Shown piece after piece: positions 26,501-40,500 of a DNA stretch of 64,000 nucleotides. The stretch comes from Callorhinchus milii (taxonomy: Eukaryota). Both the position numbers and the translations under genes were made by a program. Every line of letters begins with the position of its first letter. Positions within the stretch are counted from its first letter, which is position 1. Location: assembly GCF_018977255.1 (NCBI RefSeq), contig NW_024704743.1, positions 16,122,001-16,186,000 of the forward strand, in the 5' to 3' direction. Below the pieces are notes generated by a model. It saw only the letters and a program-made list of their open reading frames with translations. It did not search any database and was not told the DNA's origin.

Positions 26501-27480
26501 TGCACATTGCTATATAAAGGTTGTAACAGTTAATTTTTACCTCTCTGTGTGATTGTCTTGGGTCCCAAACTGCACAAAGACTCTGAGTCAACAAATTAGT
26601 TTAAATTAAATACAAATAAATACAATTACATTTTGGGGTGACTTGAGTCACTTTGATGCGGTTTGAGGTGAAAGGCGCAATATCAAATATAAGAATTATT
26701 ACATATTATTAAATTCCAGAGCTTGTGTAAGAGCTGATGGGCAATCTAGATCCTGCAGGAGTTCTGAATATTAACGTTTGGCTTCATGGAAGTACATGTT
26801 GAACACTGTGCCACCGGCTCTTGAGATTACTGCTGGGCTCGTCTTTGCAGCCTCTCCTCAGTAATATCGGCCGTCTCTGTCTTTTCTCGGCAGAGGTGAT
26901 GAGAATGTGGAACTCTTTGCTGTAAAATATACTTGAGGCAGAGTCAATAGATCCTTTTAAAAGGAAGTTGGACTTTATTTTAGTTGGCGGGGTGTCTGAC
27001 ACACTTGGAAACTCATCACCTTTAACGTCTGCCTGAACAGCAGGCAAGATCGTTTTTAACCTTTGAAGGAACTCTGACACTGGACTGAAATGTTAGACTA
27101 GACTATGAGCTCAAACTCCCTGACGCGGGACCTGAACCCACAACCACCTGACCAATAGGTGAGAGTGCTACTAACTGAGACAAACTATCAGCTTAGTGAA
27201 CGTTGCACAGTATTTTCCTCTTGTCTACCCAGTGGAGATAGCATGGCTGGTGAATCTTTTGCTGCCTCCCCCTTAGAATATCCAGGGGCTTTGCTGTCTC
27301 ACCAAACAGGACCTCGCAACGGCATGTCCCTGTCTCCAGCAGGACCTGTTATCTCGCCAGATTGAAACTGGGACTAAAACCCCAGATTTAGTCAATTGGA
27401 CCGCAAACGTCATTGCACAGCGGCATTGATATTTATGGAGTCAACACGCCAGTTAAGATTTTTCCCGCTTGTGAGATTTT

Positions 27481-27835
27481 AGGGTCCTATGGTGTATTGG
27501 TTAGAGCACTTGCCTCGCAAGTGAAAGGTTCGATTCTGCAGGGCATAACCTTAGGCAAGTTTCCTTACTCCGCACGTCTATGTTTATCTAGCAGTAAGTA
27601 GGAACTCAGTTGTTAGTTGATTGGTGGATCGCTTTCCGGGGGTAATAATCCCTTAAAAAACATGTGGTCACTTAATCCACGACTGTTAGTGAGACACTGC
27701 TTTGTGTAATTGGTTGCCACATTTCGCCCACAAAATATGCCGTCAATTCACTTTTCAGTATATTCGGTGAAGCGCTTTGGGACATCTCAATGATGTGATA
27801 GATAAGGCGCTATTTCAAATGCAAGGATTATTATT
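27481..27835 (+). mobile_element. tRNA-derived SINE, long form
   Basis: Degenerate head, central segment and (ATT)n tail. Confidence 0.85.
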
Positions 27836-28522
27836 AATAATTATTATTAATATTAATAATAATAATTGTTATTAATATTATTAATGATAATACACAGAGC
27901 CTTGGGACATCCTCCTGACGTGAAAGGCGCTATACAAATGTAGTTATGTTGTTTTAATTGATGGAACTGGCAGATGAATGGATATCAACAGCCATGGCTG
28001 AAGCTTTAATAGTAAATCAAGGACAAATATGGTGTTGGTTTCTGAGGCGACCATCATGGTGGAAACCTTGCTTAATACCCAGGAAAGTGTGAGGGAAGTA
28101 AATATAACCCCCAAGATTATCAGCAAGTAAAGCTACAGAGATGGACAGAAACATAAATCATTAATTTCTCTGACTTATCCTGGGTTATAGTTCGGTCTAA
28201 TCCGTGGTATTTCTTAAAGGCATTTTTAATAAGGATTCTGAAGAATGCAAATGAGGACTCCTTGTAACTTAGTGTACGTCGTATCAACCTGTGCGGACGC
28301 CACTCTATCAGCAACTATTTCCGGAGCAGAGCTCCCTGTGATTTCTTATTAAGGAATCCCATTTCGAATACTCACAAATTTGTGAGGATTTGTAATGGGA
28401 CCCCATTAACCCCATAATAATGGGGTAAAATTTGTGGTATTTCTCAATTAACAGCAGGCCGTAATTTAAAGATAATTAGGGCAACCCCAAAATGTTACCC
28501 CAGTAATGCTATAATGATAGGA

Positions 28523-28769
28523 TAGGGTGATCATAATTTCAAAAACAAACCTGGGGACACGTATATACAATAATTAAACTCGCCACGATTCCTGTTGCTG
28601 GGAGTTACTGGAGAAGCTTGTTGGATTTCCTGATGAGTGTACCTGTTATAGAATGTTATTGTTCTTGCTCAGTTTGTTGCTCAACTCAAGACAGGGCAAA
28701 CTTGGCCCCAGGGACACAATACCTCATCCAGTGACTGTCTCCAGAAACCGGGGACATATGGTCACCCTA
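28523..28769. mobile_element. hAT (Blackjack-like) non-autonomous DNA transposon / MITE
   Basis: Terminal inverted repeats TAGGGTGATCATA ... TATGGTCACCCTA and internal GGGGACA motifs. No clean 8-bp TSD. Confidence 0.6.
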
Positions 28770-29240
28770 GCTATGAATTCAGCTGTAATTGAATATATTT
28801 CCAGTTAGTACTACTCTGCGGAAAATCAGAGGCTTTAGCTGTAAGTGTAGAGAGGAATGTCTGTTTACTCTCTTATTCGATGACCTTTCAGAATGGCTCA
28901 ACTTGTTCAATAAGGATAGAAGTTATTACTTACTTTGGTTAGGTGGTGAGCTGCATTTTGAAATATTTTGATTCCACAGCCTGGCAATGCACAAGCAGTA
29001 GCCTCTCTTGTAAGATCTCGAGGGCCTTCAACACCTGGTTACTCTGATCGCGAACTGCAGCACAAATTTGGATCATTGAACGAATCGTAGAGGTGAAAAA
29101 AGTGACATTTCACCACATTAAAACGCCACGCTCTTCTAACCATTCCTGAAGAATTATCTTGAATTGATGCCCACTTGACCTTGGCATGGTGGTTCCCTCC
29201 TAAGGCCAACTGAAAACATTTCTGCTGTCAATCTTAAATT

Positions 29241-29550
29241 GTGGAGTCCTGTAGCTCAGTGGTTAGAGCACTCGCCTTGCAAGCGAGAGGCCTGGGTTCA
29301 ATTCCAGGCAGGGCAAAACCTTGGGCAAGTTTCCTTACTCCACACCCTAATAATAATCCCTCCAAAACAAAACAATAATAAATTGGTCATTTTCAATCCA
29401 TGACTGTTTGTGGGACACTGCTGGGCGCAATTGGTTGGCGCATTTCGCCCACAAATATACAGTCAATTCACTTTACAGTATATTCTGTGAAGCGCTTTGA
29501 GACGTCTAGAAGATGTGAAAAGCGCTATATCAAATGCAAGGATTATTATT
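29241..29550 (+). mobile_element. tRNA-derived SINE, short form, full length
   Basis: A box TAGCTCAGTGG, B box GGTTCAATTCC, L2-like 3' end and (ATT)n tail. Multi-copy in the window. Confidence 0.92.
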
Positions 29551-31349
29551 AAATATTGCTAAGCAGGCCTGATTTCTTGTTTCAATCAAGGAGGCAGCTT
29601 ACTCCCCATGCCTCTGTTTATCTAGCAGTAAGTAGTTATTAGTCGATTGGTGGATCGCTTTTCTCGGGGTAATAATCCCTTCTAAAAATAATAATAATAA
29701 TAATAATTTGGTCACTATTGAGTTTTTGGGACACTTTGTGTGAAATTGGCCACCACGTTTTGCCCACAAATAGCCAATTCACTTTATAGTATATACTGTA
29801 AAGTGCTTTGAGATGTCTTGAAGATGTGATAAGGCGCTATATCAAATGCAAGGATTATTATTATTTATTTTTTTGAGTGCTGTTTCACAGGATACCCACT
29901 GAGTTAACTCAATGTTCTGATTTTAGTTGGACTTAAACTTCAATCTCCAGGATCTGAGTCCAGAAATCTTCAAGCCCAACTCTCATTGCAAGGGCAATTC
30001 CATCCCTTCCCGTCTATTCCCTGGTTTCAGCATAATGATTGCACCTGAGGATTCCTCTGCTTTATTACATACACTATCCACAGAGATTGGGATTTGAATG
30101 GAGATAAAAGTAAGATACCAAATATTCTTTGGTCAGCCGGGTGTCTGACACACGGAAACCCATCACCGTGCTTAACAGTAGCCAAAATAAACAGCTAAGA
30201 GTTCCACATAAGCATGTAAATTTCCATTTCTATGCATTGGAGTGCGCACCCTATTCACCTATCCCTGGAGAGTTTTGGTGCAGGTTGGCAAGAATGAAAG
30301 CTTGGGGCCTCAGAGTGTGAGGCTTAACCAGCTGAAACCACACAGGTTGTTGTTGGAAATACAGTCTGATAAGCTTCCCACTGCTTTTCCAGCCAGCACC
30401 TTCCATTAAGGTGTTGGTTCTCCAAAACTGTTCAGCTCTCCACACCTCAGAAGATCACAGGAGAGGTTCAGATGAAGAAGGCCCTTTGGCCCATGTGATC
30501 TCATCCTTACACAATACCCAACCTGTCTCCCATCACATCATCAAGCTGCTTTTTAAATGAGTCTAGCATCCTGGCCTCAACCATCTTACTGGTAACCTGC
30601 TCCAGTCGTTAATTACCCTTTGGGTGAGGAAATACTTCTGTCTGTCCTGAAATTATTTATCCTTTGCAACCCTAAATCTGCGGTCCCCTGGTCTACTGAT
30701 GATGCATTGGAAAGAAGAATTGAATGAGAGTTGTTAATAGGCCATTGTCGACACATGAGTGGGCTTTGTATAGATAGGCAGGCAGAGAGCTCATACAATC
30801 ATGGAGAATAACACACAGGAGTAAACCATTGAAGGTTCTTTCCTTCTATTGCACATTGCTGAAAGACCTGAAAGAGTTCCTCCTTAATAGTCTTTAACAA
30901 GTTAAATTTTTGCCCACAAATATATGGTCAATTCACTTTAATAATAATAAAAATAATAAATTGCCCACTTCAATCTACGACTGTTTGTACGCAATTGGCT
31001 GTGTTTTACCCACAAATATGCAATCAATTCACGTTACTGTATATTTTGTGAAGCGCTTTGGAGTCGTCGAGAAGACGTGAAAAGCACTATATCAAATACA
31101 AGGATTATTATTTATTATAAATTGGCTTTTTATTTCTATTAAAGATTTTAACTCTGTTTTCTGAGAGGTGATTATCTGGCATGGGTGCTAAACCTGGAGG
31201 ATTCATCCTCTGAGCCAATTCAGATATTTTATTGGGGCTGGAATTTTCCCCTTGACTCCTGTTAACCTTGCAACCCAAAACCCTAATGATTGACATGATT
31301 CTATTTGAGCATGTTTGCAAATGTTTGCAAATAATGAGCTGGTTAAAGA

Positions 31350-31645
31350 TAATAATAATCTTTGCATTTGATATGGTGCTTTTCACGTCTTCTAGACATC
31401 TCAAAGCGCTTCACAGAATATACTGTAACGTGAATTGACTGCATATTTGTGGGTAAAACACAGCAGCCAATTGCGTACAAACAGTCGTAGATTGAAGTGA
31501 GCAATTTATTATTTTATTTTCTTGAGGGATTATTATCAGGCATGTGGAGTAAGGAAACTTGCCCAAGATTTCACCCTGCTAGGAATCGAACCCAGGTCTC
31601 TCGCTTGTGAGGCGAGTGCCCTATCCACTGAGCTACAGGACTCCA
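31350..31645 (-). mobile_element. tRNA-derived SINE, short form
   Basis: Head and tail present. Interrupts a copy of the unclassified retroposon. Confidence 0.9.
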
Positions 31646-34034
31646 GGTAGCTGGTTTTAGCTGGTCAAACTCCAGCAGTACCACATTGCACACTGTGGTT
31701 TCTCCCAAGTCTTGGCTCTGACCAGCCTATGTTTAATATTGTCTGCAATTAGATGAGCAGGGTGGATCTCTTTGGGAACAGAGTGTGCATTCCATTCAAT
31801 ACCCAGGGAAATTAGCACGTGTATGTGGAGCACTTAGTATTTTAGTTTGGTTGCTCTTAAGCATGGTGATGGGTTTCCAAGTGTATTGGCTGATCAAAAA
31901 AATGTCTGATGGTCCACATCTGTTTTCACGTGTTTACATTGTCCCTAAGTTAGAGACTTTGGGAATCTGGGGGCTCAGTTTTTTGCATCAGTTTGAGTGA
32001 GAATCTTTACATTTGAAACCATCCAGTATTATCAATCACAGCAGCACAGTGAAACACAGACATGGACAAGACTGCTTACTATGGAGACCTCTGTCTGCCT
32101 GTAAAAGTGATTGATACAAGGATGAGAGTAGGACCAGATGGAATGAAATGAAGCTCCACCAAATCATTACGAATGTTAAATGGAACTTTGGCGTTGAAGG
32201 TTAATGGCCCTGAAGTCCGAGAGAAAGTTTGAAGCAGTTTAAGAATGGAAAAGTTTGCAAAACTATTTAATGGAAGCTTAAATTGGGTCACATTCCAGTG
32301 GGATTACAATGGGATGTTAGTGACAGAAAGCAGGTATGACAGTGAATGGAAATCACATGTACTGCATAAGATAGGGCATGAATTAATGCACTCTACAAAG
32401 AGGTAGTGTGAGCTAACACAAGCAAAGAGTGAGTGTAAATTAATGGTAGTGACATGAGTGAGCGTGAGCTAATTCAAGCAAGCAGTAGGTGTGAATTAAT
32501 GCCAGGTGTGAGAATGGATGTGAGTTGACATGAGCGAGGAGAATGGGTGTGAGGAGGGTGAGGTGAGAGAGAGAAAGAGAGCGTGACCGCAAGGAATACA
32601 GGGTGATCCTCAAACAGACAAAAGTGAATCATGTGAAAGGGGGACACGAGAAAGAAATAAAAAGGGAAATGAAATGAAAAGAAAAGGAAAGTTTATATTT
32701 CCTGGCTTCCTCCGCACAGAAAGCAGAGGAAGCCAGCAGCTAATAAAGTAAAGAAAACAAAAGGCAAAATACTGCAGACGCTGGAAATCTGAAAGCTAAT
32801 AAAGTGAGCTGGTTACAGTATGCAGAAGCAGCTATTGATATCTCAAACTTGTGTTTATTCCTGCTTTATGATTGATAGAAATCAACGTTTTTTTTCAACA
32901 AAAAAACATCAGAAATGCATTAATATTGTATGACTTTTTCCCGCAGAAAGAAAATCTGTGTTTTATTTTAGGAATTTGTGCAGTTCAAACTGAGATTTTA
33001 AAAACACAAGAGAGATAAACCTCTCTGCCTCAAATGCATTTACCTTGATGAAATGCATTTGCAAAAGGTTTGAAACAATGGCCTGGAGAATTCCTCAAAT
33101 ACACAATGGAGCCGGAGGGCTTTTAAACAGAGCCGACAGACCTCAGTTGAACAGACCACACCCTCTCTCCCTGGCTCAGAGAGCAGAAAGAAATGCACAG
33201 GTCAATCATCTGACACATTTCCATCCAATTTGTGGAGTAGAATGTGTTCATTTTCTGCCTAATGGCATGTCATTTTTGGTCAAGAATTAATCTTGGAATC
33301 AAAACAGATTTTCCAGGGAGCAATCTTCCATCAAGTATTGATTTTTTTACACTCGTGGAGTTTGTAGTACCTAATTTAATGTGACAGGATGTTGCACAAT
33401 GGACTGGGAGCACCTTGGCAACTCACAGATCGACTTGGAGCAGAAGGAACTTACAATGTCTTTATTCTGAAAAGTGAAAAACAAAGCACTTCACTGAAGG
33501 ATCACCTGGGAATTTGTGCCAAGCAGGGCTGTTTCTAATTACGTATGAATCATAGAAAATATCTATTCAGCGGAGAAAAAATAACTAAAACCAAACTACA
33601 ACCCACTAAAACTGGGAAAAGTACAGTTGCAAAATGACTGTGATTTACATGAGCAGTTAACGCTATTGAAATTGCTTTAGATACTAAAGAATATCCCATA
33701 CACAGTCCATGATTGCTTAAGAAGAGGCAGAAATGTAATTGAGGTGTGGCTTGTTTTCTTTTTGGAAGAGGAATAGAGCAATATTTTGCGCTGTCCATTT
33801 TATGTGCTGAGTTCAGGCAACATAACATAACATGACATAAAATGGACTATTCTTCTTCCAATTACGGATGGTGTGGGGGATATTTTTTATTTGCCTGTTC
33901 AGGTGGATGTTAAAGATCTGTGGTACTATTTAATTATAAAGAGAAGGGATTTTCTCCTGGTGTCATAGAATCATAGAATTTCACAGCATAGAAGGAGGCC
34001 ATTTGTCCCATTGTGTTTCTGCTGGCTCTTTGAA

Positions 34035-34390
34035 ACAACAACTTGCACTTATACAGAGCGCCCTGCACACAGGGTAGTGACTCAGAGCTCTTAACAGAGG
34101 CGGAGCCTCACTCTGAGCCGGGGGAGGTGGCCGTAAGCACGGTCGAACAGGAAAGTTTTCAGGCAGGACTTGAAAGAGGGGAGAGAGGGTGCAAGGTGGA
34201 GTGATTGAGGGAAAGTGTTCCAGAGTTTTCGGGTGTAGTGGCTGAAAACACGACCTCCGATGGTGGGACAGAGGTTGCGAGGGACAAGCAGGAGGCCGGT
34301 GCCAGTCAAGCGGAGGTGGTGTATTTGAGAGTGAGGAGGTCGGAGAGGTAGGGACGTGCCAGGGAGTGAATGGATTTGAACACGAGTGAG
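34035..34390 (-). mobile_element. Older L2 3' fragment
   Basis: TIGGRVFSH...LWNTFP...SFKSCLKTFLFDRAYG. Tail related to 46600-46700. Confidence 0.82.
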
Positions 34391-35356
34391 GAAACAGTCC
34401 CTCCCATAGCCCTACAAATTCTTCCTTGTGTCCTGGCCAAACAATCCCCCAAATAAAATTGGTCACTCACTCCATGGCTGTATGTCGCTGTGCGTAAAAG
34501 GGTGCAGTGTTCATCTACAAATGTACAGTCACTGCACTTTATAGTAAATCCTATGAACAGCTTTGAGACATCCTCTCGATATCAAAGGCCCTATAACAAA
34601 TGCAAAGATTATTTTTATTATATAGAAACTACTTTTTTTTTGACGATTAAGGGATGTTGCACTACCCCACACTCTGACTTTTCAGCCAAACTGGATGCAA
34701 AACAATCTGATACAAAACTGCTGTCTGCAGTGCTGAAAAGGAGCTTTCGTTCCTGAATGCAAAGTATTTGTTTGTTCAAACCAGCTCAAAGAGACATGCA
34801 CAAATTTCTAGTTTGTGCTATGTTCATGCACTGCAAGTTATGTATAACACCATTGACTTTGTTTTCAGCTGTTCTTGGCAGAGATGTAGCCAGTATTTGC
34901 TCCAGCCATGTTTGGTTATAAAATAAGCATGTCCAAGAAAAACACACTTAAAAGCATCCCACATGTATAGAGATTCACACACACCTTGTTATTGATGTTG
35001 GCTATGGAAGTGCATTAAGGTAGCTGCACTGCGCATTAATGGCATCTGTTAAAATATTTCAATGTGGAAGAAAAGAAAGCTCCACAAATAATGAAAAAAA
35101 TGGATTAATATTTTATCACACAGGTGGAATTGTTTTATGTCTGTTAGCCTCTGCGGGATTATGTCAGAATGTTCTATCCAATTTCACTGCTAAGGCAGAG
35201 TGCAGGTACCATTAGGATAATGTAAAAGGCCTTCTCCGTACAAATATAAACAAATAGATCGGAGCTGAGGAAAAAGAAACATAAAATATTGAAGTATTTT
35301 GCAGTTGCATTATATCCAGCCCTATTGTTTACTGACAGGCACAGGCATCTGTGTTT

Positions 35357-35790
35357 CAGTCTGGTGGTCTGGTGAGCTGGTAGCACTCTCGTCTGTGAAA
35401 CAGAAAGTTGTGGGTTCAAACGCAAGTTGGGACTTGGAACCCATTTAGTCTAGGCTGATAATCCGAGGCAGCACTAGGGGTGTGCTGCATTGTTTGGAGG
35501 TGCCGTCCTTCAGATGAGACATTAAACCAAGGTATCATCTACCTGTTCAAATGGATGTAAAGATCCTATGACACTATTTGAAAAAGAAACGAGTTGCTCA
35601 TGGTGTCCCAGCCAACAATCCACTAAATAAAATTGATCATTCATTTCAAGTCTGTTTGTGGGACACTGGTGTGTGCAAATTGGCTGTCGCTTTCACCAAC
35701 AAAATACACGATCATTCCGCTTTGCAGTGTAAACTGTGAAGTGCTTTAGACGTCTTCCTGATGTCAAAGATAAAGGTATTTTTTATTATT
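35357..35790 (+). mobile_element. Deu-domain SINE (SacSINE1/AmnSINE1-like core)
   Basis: tRNA-like head followed by ggaggtgccgtccttcagatgagacattaaacc...aaagatcctatgacactattt, the DeuSINE core as recalled. Shares its 3' part with the other SINEs. Confidence 0.8.
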
Positions 35791-37143
35791 ACAATTAAAT
35801 CCTGGCTAGCCAGACTAATTGGGGAGATCTAGTGCCGCGAATGGGAATTCTTGGTACACAATGGTATAATGCGATTAATCTATCTTCTGCCCATGCGATT
35901 CAAACAATCTGAGTCAAAGTCGATACCCCAGGCCACTGTGAAGGCCAGCAAGGTTGGTAAGACTGGTCAGCGTGCGCTAGGAGAGTTGGGCCCGCAGGAA
36001 TCGACACGCAGGCCTGCAAAAATTTTGGGTCCATTGAATTTTTAGAAAATCTTTTTGGTTTTTGGCCCTAGGTTTGAATTCTGAATACCTGTAAGACAGG
36101 ATTTTCTGTGTCTGTGACTCAGGATAGGAGAGCCAGCAAAAGCCTTTTGTAGCCAGGAGGTAGTCAAAGTGAATTGTACATATATGGTAGCACAAGATCG
36201 GTTTATTTGTCTTGCTAAACAGTTATGTCTCCTTTATATGCTGCATCTTATGTCATCCAAACCCGATCAGCCCTGTCAATCTCTACACAGTAGCTCTGAA
36301 CAGAAGAGGATACTTTGGAAAGACTGCAAAAAGCCAGGGTCAATAAATCTTGTTTACACTAAGGACGACAGCGTATGATTTCTTAAAGACAAAACAGTAC
36401 ATCCAATTCCTTTAGTGAGAATACAGGAAGACAAATCGTAACTGGCATGCTTAAACATCATTTAATGTATATATTAAGAGTGATTTTTCATTAAAGAGGG
36501 TATTAAACTTGAAAGATCAGTGCAAAGATATTAAATTCTTGACAAATGAACAAGTGCAAAGAGCCATTAAAACCAATGTACTTCTCATATATACGTCACA
36601 CAAATCATAACCAACCAAACAGATAGTAAACAAATATAAACATGCCCATAAATGCCCACAAGCATTTTAAAAATTGAAACAACGTCTGCTTATGACCATC
36701 ACTGTTCCCATCAGTCTGAAGAAGAGATTTATATTGCTGCCGTTCTTTGTAGGTCTGCCGTCCTCTTCTATGGGAAAAGCTGATAGAAGATGTTTTCGGT
36801 GCACCAAGCTTTCATGAGAGTCTTAAACCAATGTCCAAGTCTTTTGCAGAGTCTGCTGATGTGTTTGATCTGTGAAGCCGGTTGTAACTCCAGTCATTGA
36901 GCATGAGGGAGAGGGTGAGGGTGGGTCACTGTAATTAATTTATAATCTTGGTAAGCTTCGTAGTCGACACATTATTCAGATCTTTACTTTGTTCCAACGC
37001 TGTGATGTACGTCTTAGCTTCCTCCATGGTGCCCGGAGCAATTCCCCCCACAGCCTGCTGCTCCCCTGCATCTTTGCTAGAAGCCTGCACGTTGTGAATG
37101 CCTTTGTTGAAAGTAGCCATCTGACCCTGGTAACTGGGAAAAG

Positions 37144-37390
37144 TCATAGAATCATAGAGGGTTACAACACAGAAGGAGAACACTCGGCCCATCAAGTCTA
37201 CACCAGCTCTCAGAGCAAGCTGTCCATACAATCCCACTGCCCCACCCTATCCCCATATCCCTTCAAGCCTCTATCATTCACATACCTGTCTGCTTCCCTC
37301 TTGAACCCCATACTGGGCTCTGCATCAACCACCTTACTTGGCAGGGCATTCCACATCCGAATAAGTCTCTGAATGAAAAAAAATTCTCCC
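37144..37390 (-). mobile_element. CR1 3' end fragment
   Basis: catagaatcatag tail and FFIQRLIRMWNALPSKVVDAE...FKREAD. Confidence 0.85.
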
Positions 37391-37589
37391 AAGCTCTCCT
37401 TTCATTCTTCTTACTAAAAAGGTAAGGGCAGATCTGTGAAGATTGAGTAAAGCGGAGAGGCGGTGCATGAGGATGGAGTGGTCGACAGTGTCGAAGGCGG
37501 CAGAGAGTTCGAGGAGGACAAGGAGGCAAAGGGAGCCCTGATCACAGATGTTCAGAATTTTATTAGTGACCTATTCTAAATTATAACCT

Positions 37590-40500
37590 GTTCCTAAAAA
37601 CAGCCGTCATCACCCCCATCCTGAAAAACCCTCTGCGCCCCCCCCCCCCCCCCCAGGGCTCACATCAGAGCCCACTATGGTCCTGTTGGGTCCCAGCCCC
37701 ACTCCTTTCTCTCTCGCTCTTTGAACCCCTCTTTGAACCCCTCTTTGAACCGCCCCAATCTGCGGGAAACAGCCCGGGTCAAAGTCACTAATGACATCCT
37801 GAACCGCTCGCTCCCGGTCCCCGCGTGCGCACTATGGCTGCCGCTTTGGCCCGAGCCCCCTCACCCCCTCCTTTCCTCGTCCCTCCTCTCTACCCCCAAA
37901 CCCTCCCCCTCTGCATCTCTCCCGCTCTGTCCTCCTCTCTCTCCGTCCCTCTCGCCTTCTATCCCCACTTGACCCTCCCACAACCTCCCTCTGTTCCAGC
38001 CTGGGAATCCTCCGCCGGGCTCACCGTCGCACTCGGCGTTGGCTGTCCAGCAGCAGCCACACCGACTGCCCCATTCCCCACCACACTCGCCAGCCACCCC
38101 GGACACAGACCCGGGGAGCCAACCTCTCCTCCCTTATCCTCATTTCCCCACCCCTGCCTCACAACCTGGACCACCCTCCCCTCCCACACACCCTTCTGTC
38201 AACCGCTACCTCCACATCGGACTACAAAACGTCCGCTCCCTCTGTAACAAGGCCCTGGTCATCAACGATCTCATCCTTGATGAGAGCGTTGACATCATGG
38301 CCTTAACGGAAACCTGGCTCACCCCAGGCGACACCTTCCCCCTCACGGAGGCCACACCACCCGGCTACACCTCCCACCACATCCCTCGCCCCAACCGCCG
38401 TGGCGGTGGTGTTGCCCTTATCTCAAGGACACCACTTGCCCTATCCCCCTACTCCTCTGGCTCTTTCCCCTCTTTTGAGCACCTCACCCTCTCCCACACC
38501 TCCTTCCTCTCGCTCAAAATCCTCCTCCTCTACCGGCCCCCTAAAACCTCTCCCACCTTCATCTCCGATATTTCGACACTCCTTACATCTCTCTGCCTCT
38601 GCTCTGATCGCCTCATCATCCTGGGCGACTTCAACCTGCACTTCACCCCCTCCTGCTCCATCTCCTCAGACTTCTCTTCCCTGCTCTCCTCGCTCAACCT
38701 CTCCCTCCACATCAACTCCCCCACTCACAGTCACGGCCACCCACTCGACTTGGTGATCACCCGGGGCCTCAGTGTCTCGGATGTCACTATTACCGACAAG
38801 GCCATCTCCGACCACCACTTCATCTCCTTCACCACCTCCACCCCCCTCCCCACCTCCACCAGACCCACCACCATCTTCTACCGCCCCTGGAAGAAGTTAC
38901 CCCCACAATCCCTAACCGCTGCCTTGGAGTCCTCTGAACTCCTCTCCCTCTGGCCTTCAACCCTCACTGACCCCTCTTCTCCTCTCACCCTCCTCCACAA
39001 CACCCTCTCCTCCACACTCGATACTCTTGCCCCCATCACCTCCCGTACTGTCTCCTACTCTCGCTCCTCCCCCTGGTTCACCACCCACCTCCGCTCACTG
39101 AAGAGCCAGGTGCGGGCTGCTGAACGCACCTGCGTCAAATCTGGCCTAACGGTCCACCGACAAATCTGGCTGGACCTCCTCAAAATCTACCGCTCCACTC
39201 TAGCCTCGGCCAAGTCGTCCTTCTACTCCAGGATAATCCTGGAGGCGAAGAACAACCCCAGGCTACTGTTTTCCACCACATCCCGACTCCTCCGTCCCCC
39301 CCGCCACCCCGCGCAGGTCATCTCCTCCAACCTTCACTGCGAGGAGATGCTGGATTTCCTTGAATCCAAAATCAAGGGAATTCGCTCCGCGGTCACTTCC
39401 CCTCCAACATCCACCCACACCCCACCCCCTCCCTCCCACACTCCGACTCCTACCCATCCTCCCCTACACACTTTCGTACCCGTTTCCCCACCCTCTGTCA
39501 CCAAACTCATCCTATCCCTGAAACCCACCACCTGCTCCCTTGACCCCATCCCCACTCCACTCCTTATCTCCCAGCTCCACCTCCTTGCCCCACATATCAC
39601 AGACATCGTCAACCTGTCCCTCTCCTCTGGCTCCGTTCCCATTCCCTTAAAAACCGCCACCATCACTCCCACCTTAAAAAACCCTCCCTTGATGCGTCGC
39701 AGCTATCAAGCTACCGGCCCATCTCCAACCTCCCCTTCCTGTCCAAGGTCCTGGAACGAGTTGTCGCCTCCCAGCTGCGCTCTTTCCTCTCCACCCATTC
39801 ACTATTCGAACCCCTTCAGTCGGGTTTCCGTGCTGCCCATAGCACAGAAACTGCCCTGGTCAAGGTCACCAATGACATCCTGACCATCTGTGACCAGGGC
39901 TCCCTCTGCCTCCTCGTCCTCCTCGACCTATCGGCAGCATTCGATACGGTCGACCACGCTATCCTCCTCCACCGCTTGTCCTCCCACCTCAACCTTCAAG
40001 GCACTGTCCTTGAGTGGTTTAGGTCGTACCTCTCCCACCGTCTTCACTTTGTTTCCACGAATGGCTTTTCCTCCCCCCCCCGCACTGTCTCGTGTGGTGT
40101 CCCTCAGGGCTCTGTCCTCGGTCCCCTCCTCTTCACCCTCTATATGCTCCCCTTGGTGACATCATCCGCAGACATGGGGTTAACTTCCACATGTATGCGG
40201 ATGACACCCAACTCTACCTTTCCTCCTCTACCCTCAACTCCACGACCACCGATGTCCTGACAGCTGCCTGTCCGACATCGAGTCCTGGACGAGAGACAAC
40301 TTTCTTCAGCTCAACGTGCGCAAAACTGAGGCCCTCCTGATTGGCTCACGTCAGCGCCTCCGCACCTCAGGCGCTGACAGCATCAGCATCCAAGGCTGCA
40401 CTCTCCACCTCTCAAAGCCAGTCAGGAACCTTGGTGTTCTCTTCGACCCTGAGCTGTCCTTTCTCCCTCATATCCGCGCCACAACTGGCACCGCCTTCCA

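Noticed and set aside
29241..29315. tRNA-Ala(TGC)-like gene
   Set aside because: A/B boxes are present but there is no proper acceptor stem, and the sequence continues into a multi-copy SINE body and tail.
38039..39883. 614-aa ORF as a host gene
   Set aside because: It is the L2 ORF2 endonuclease region, frameshifted before the RT core.
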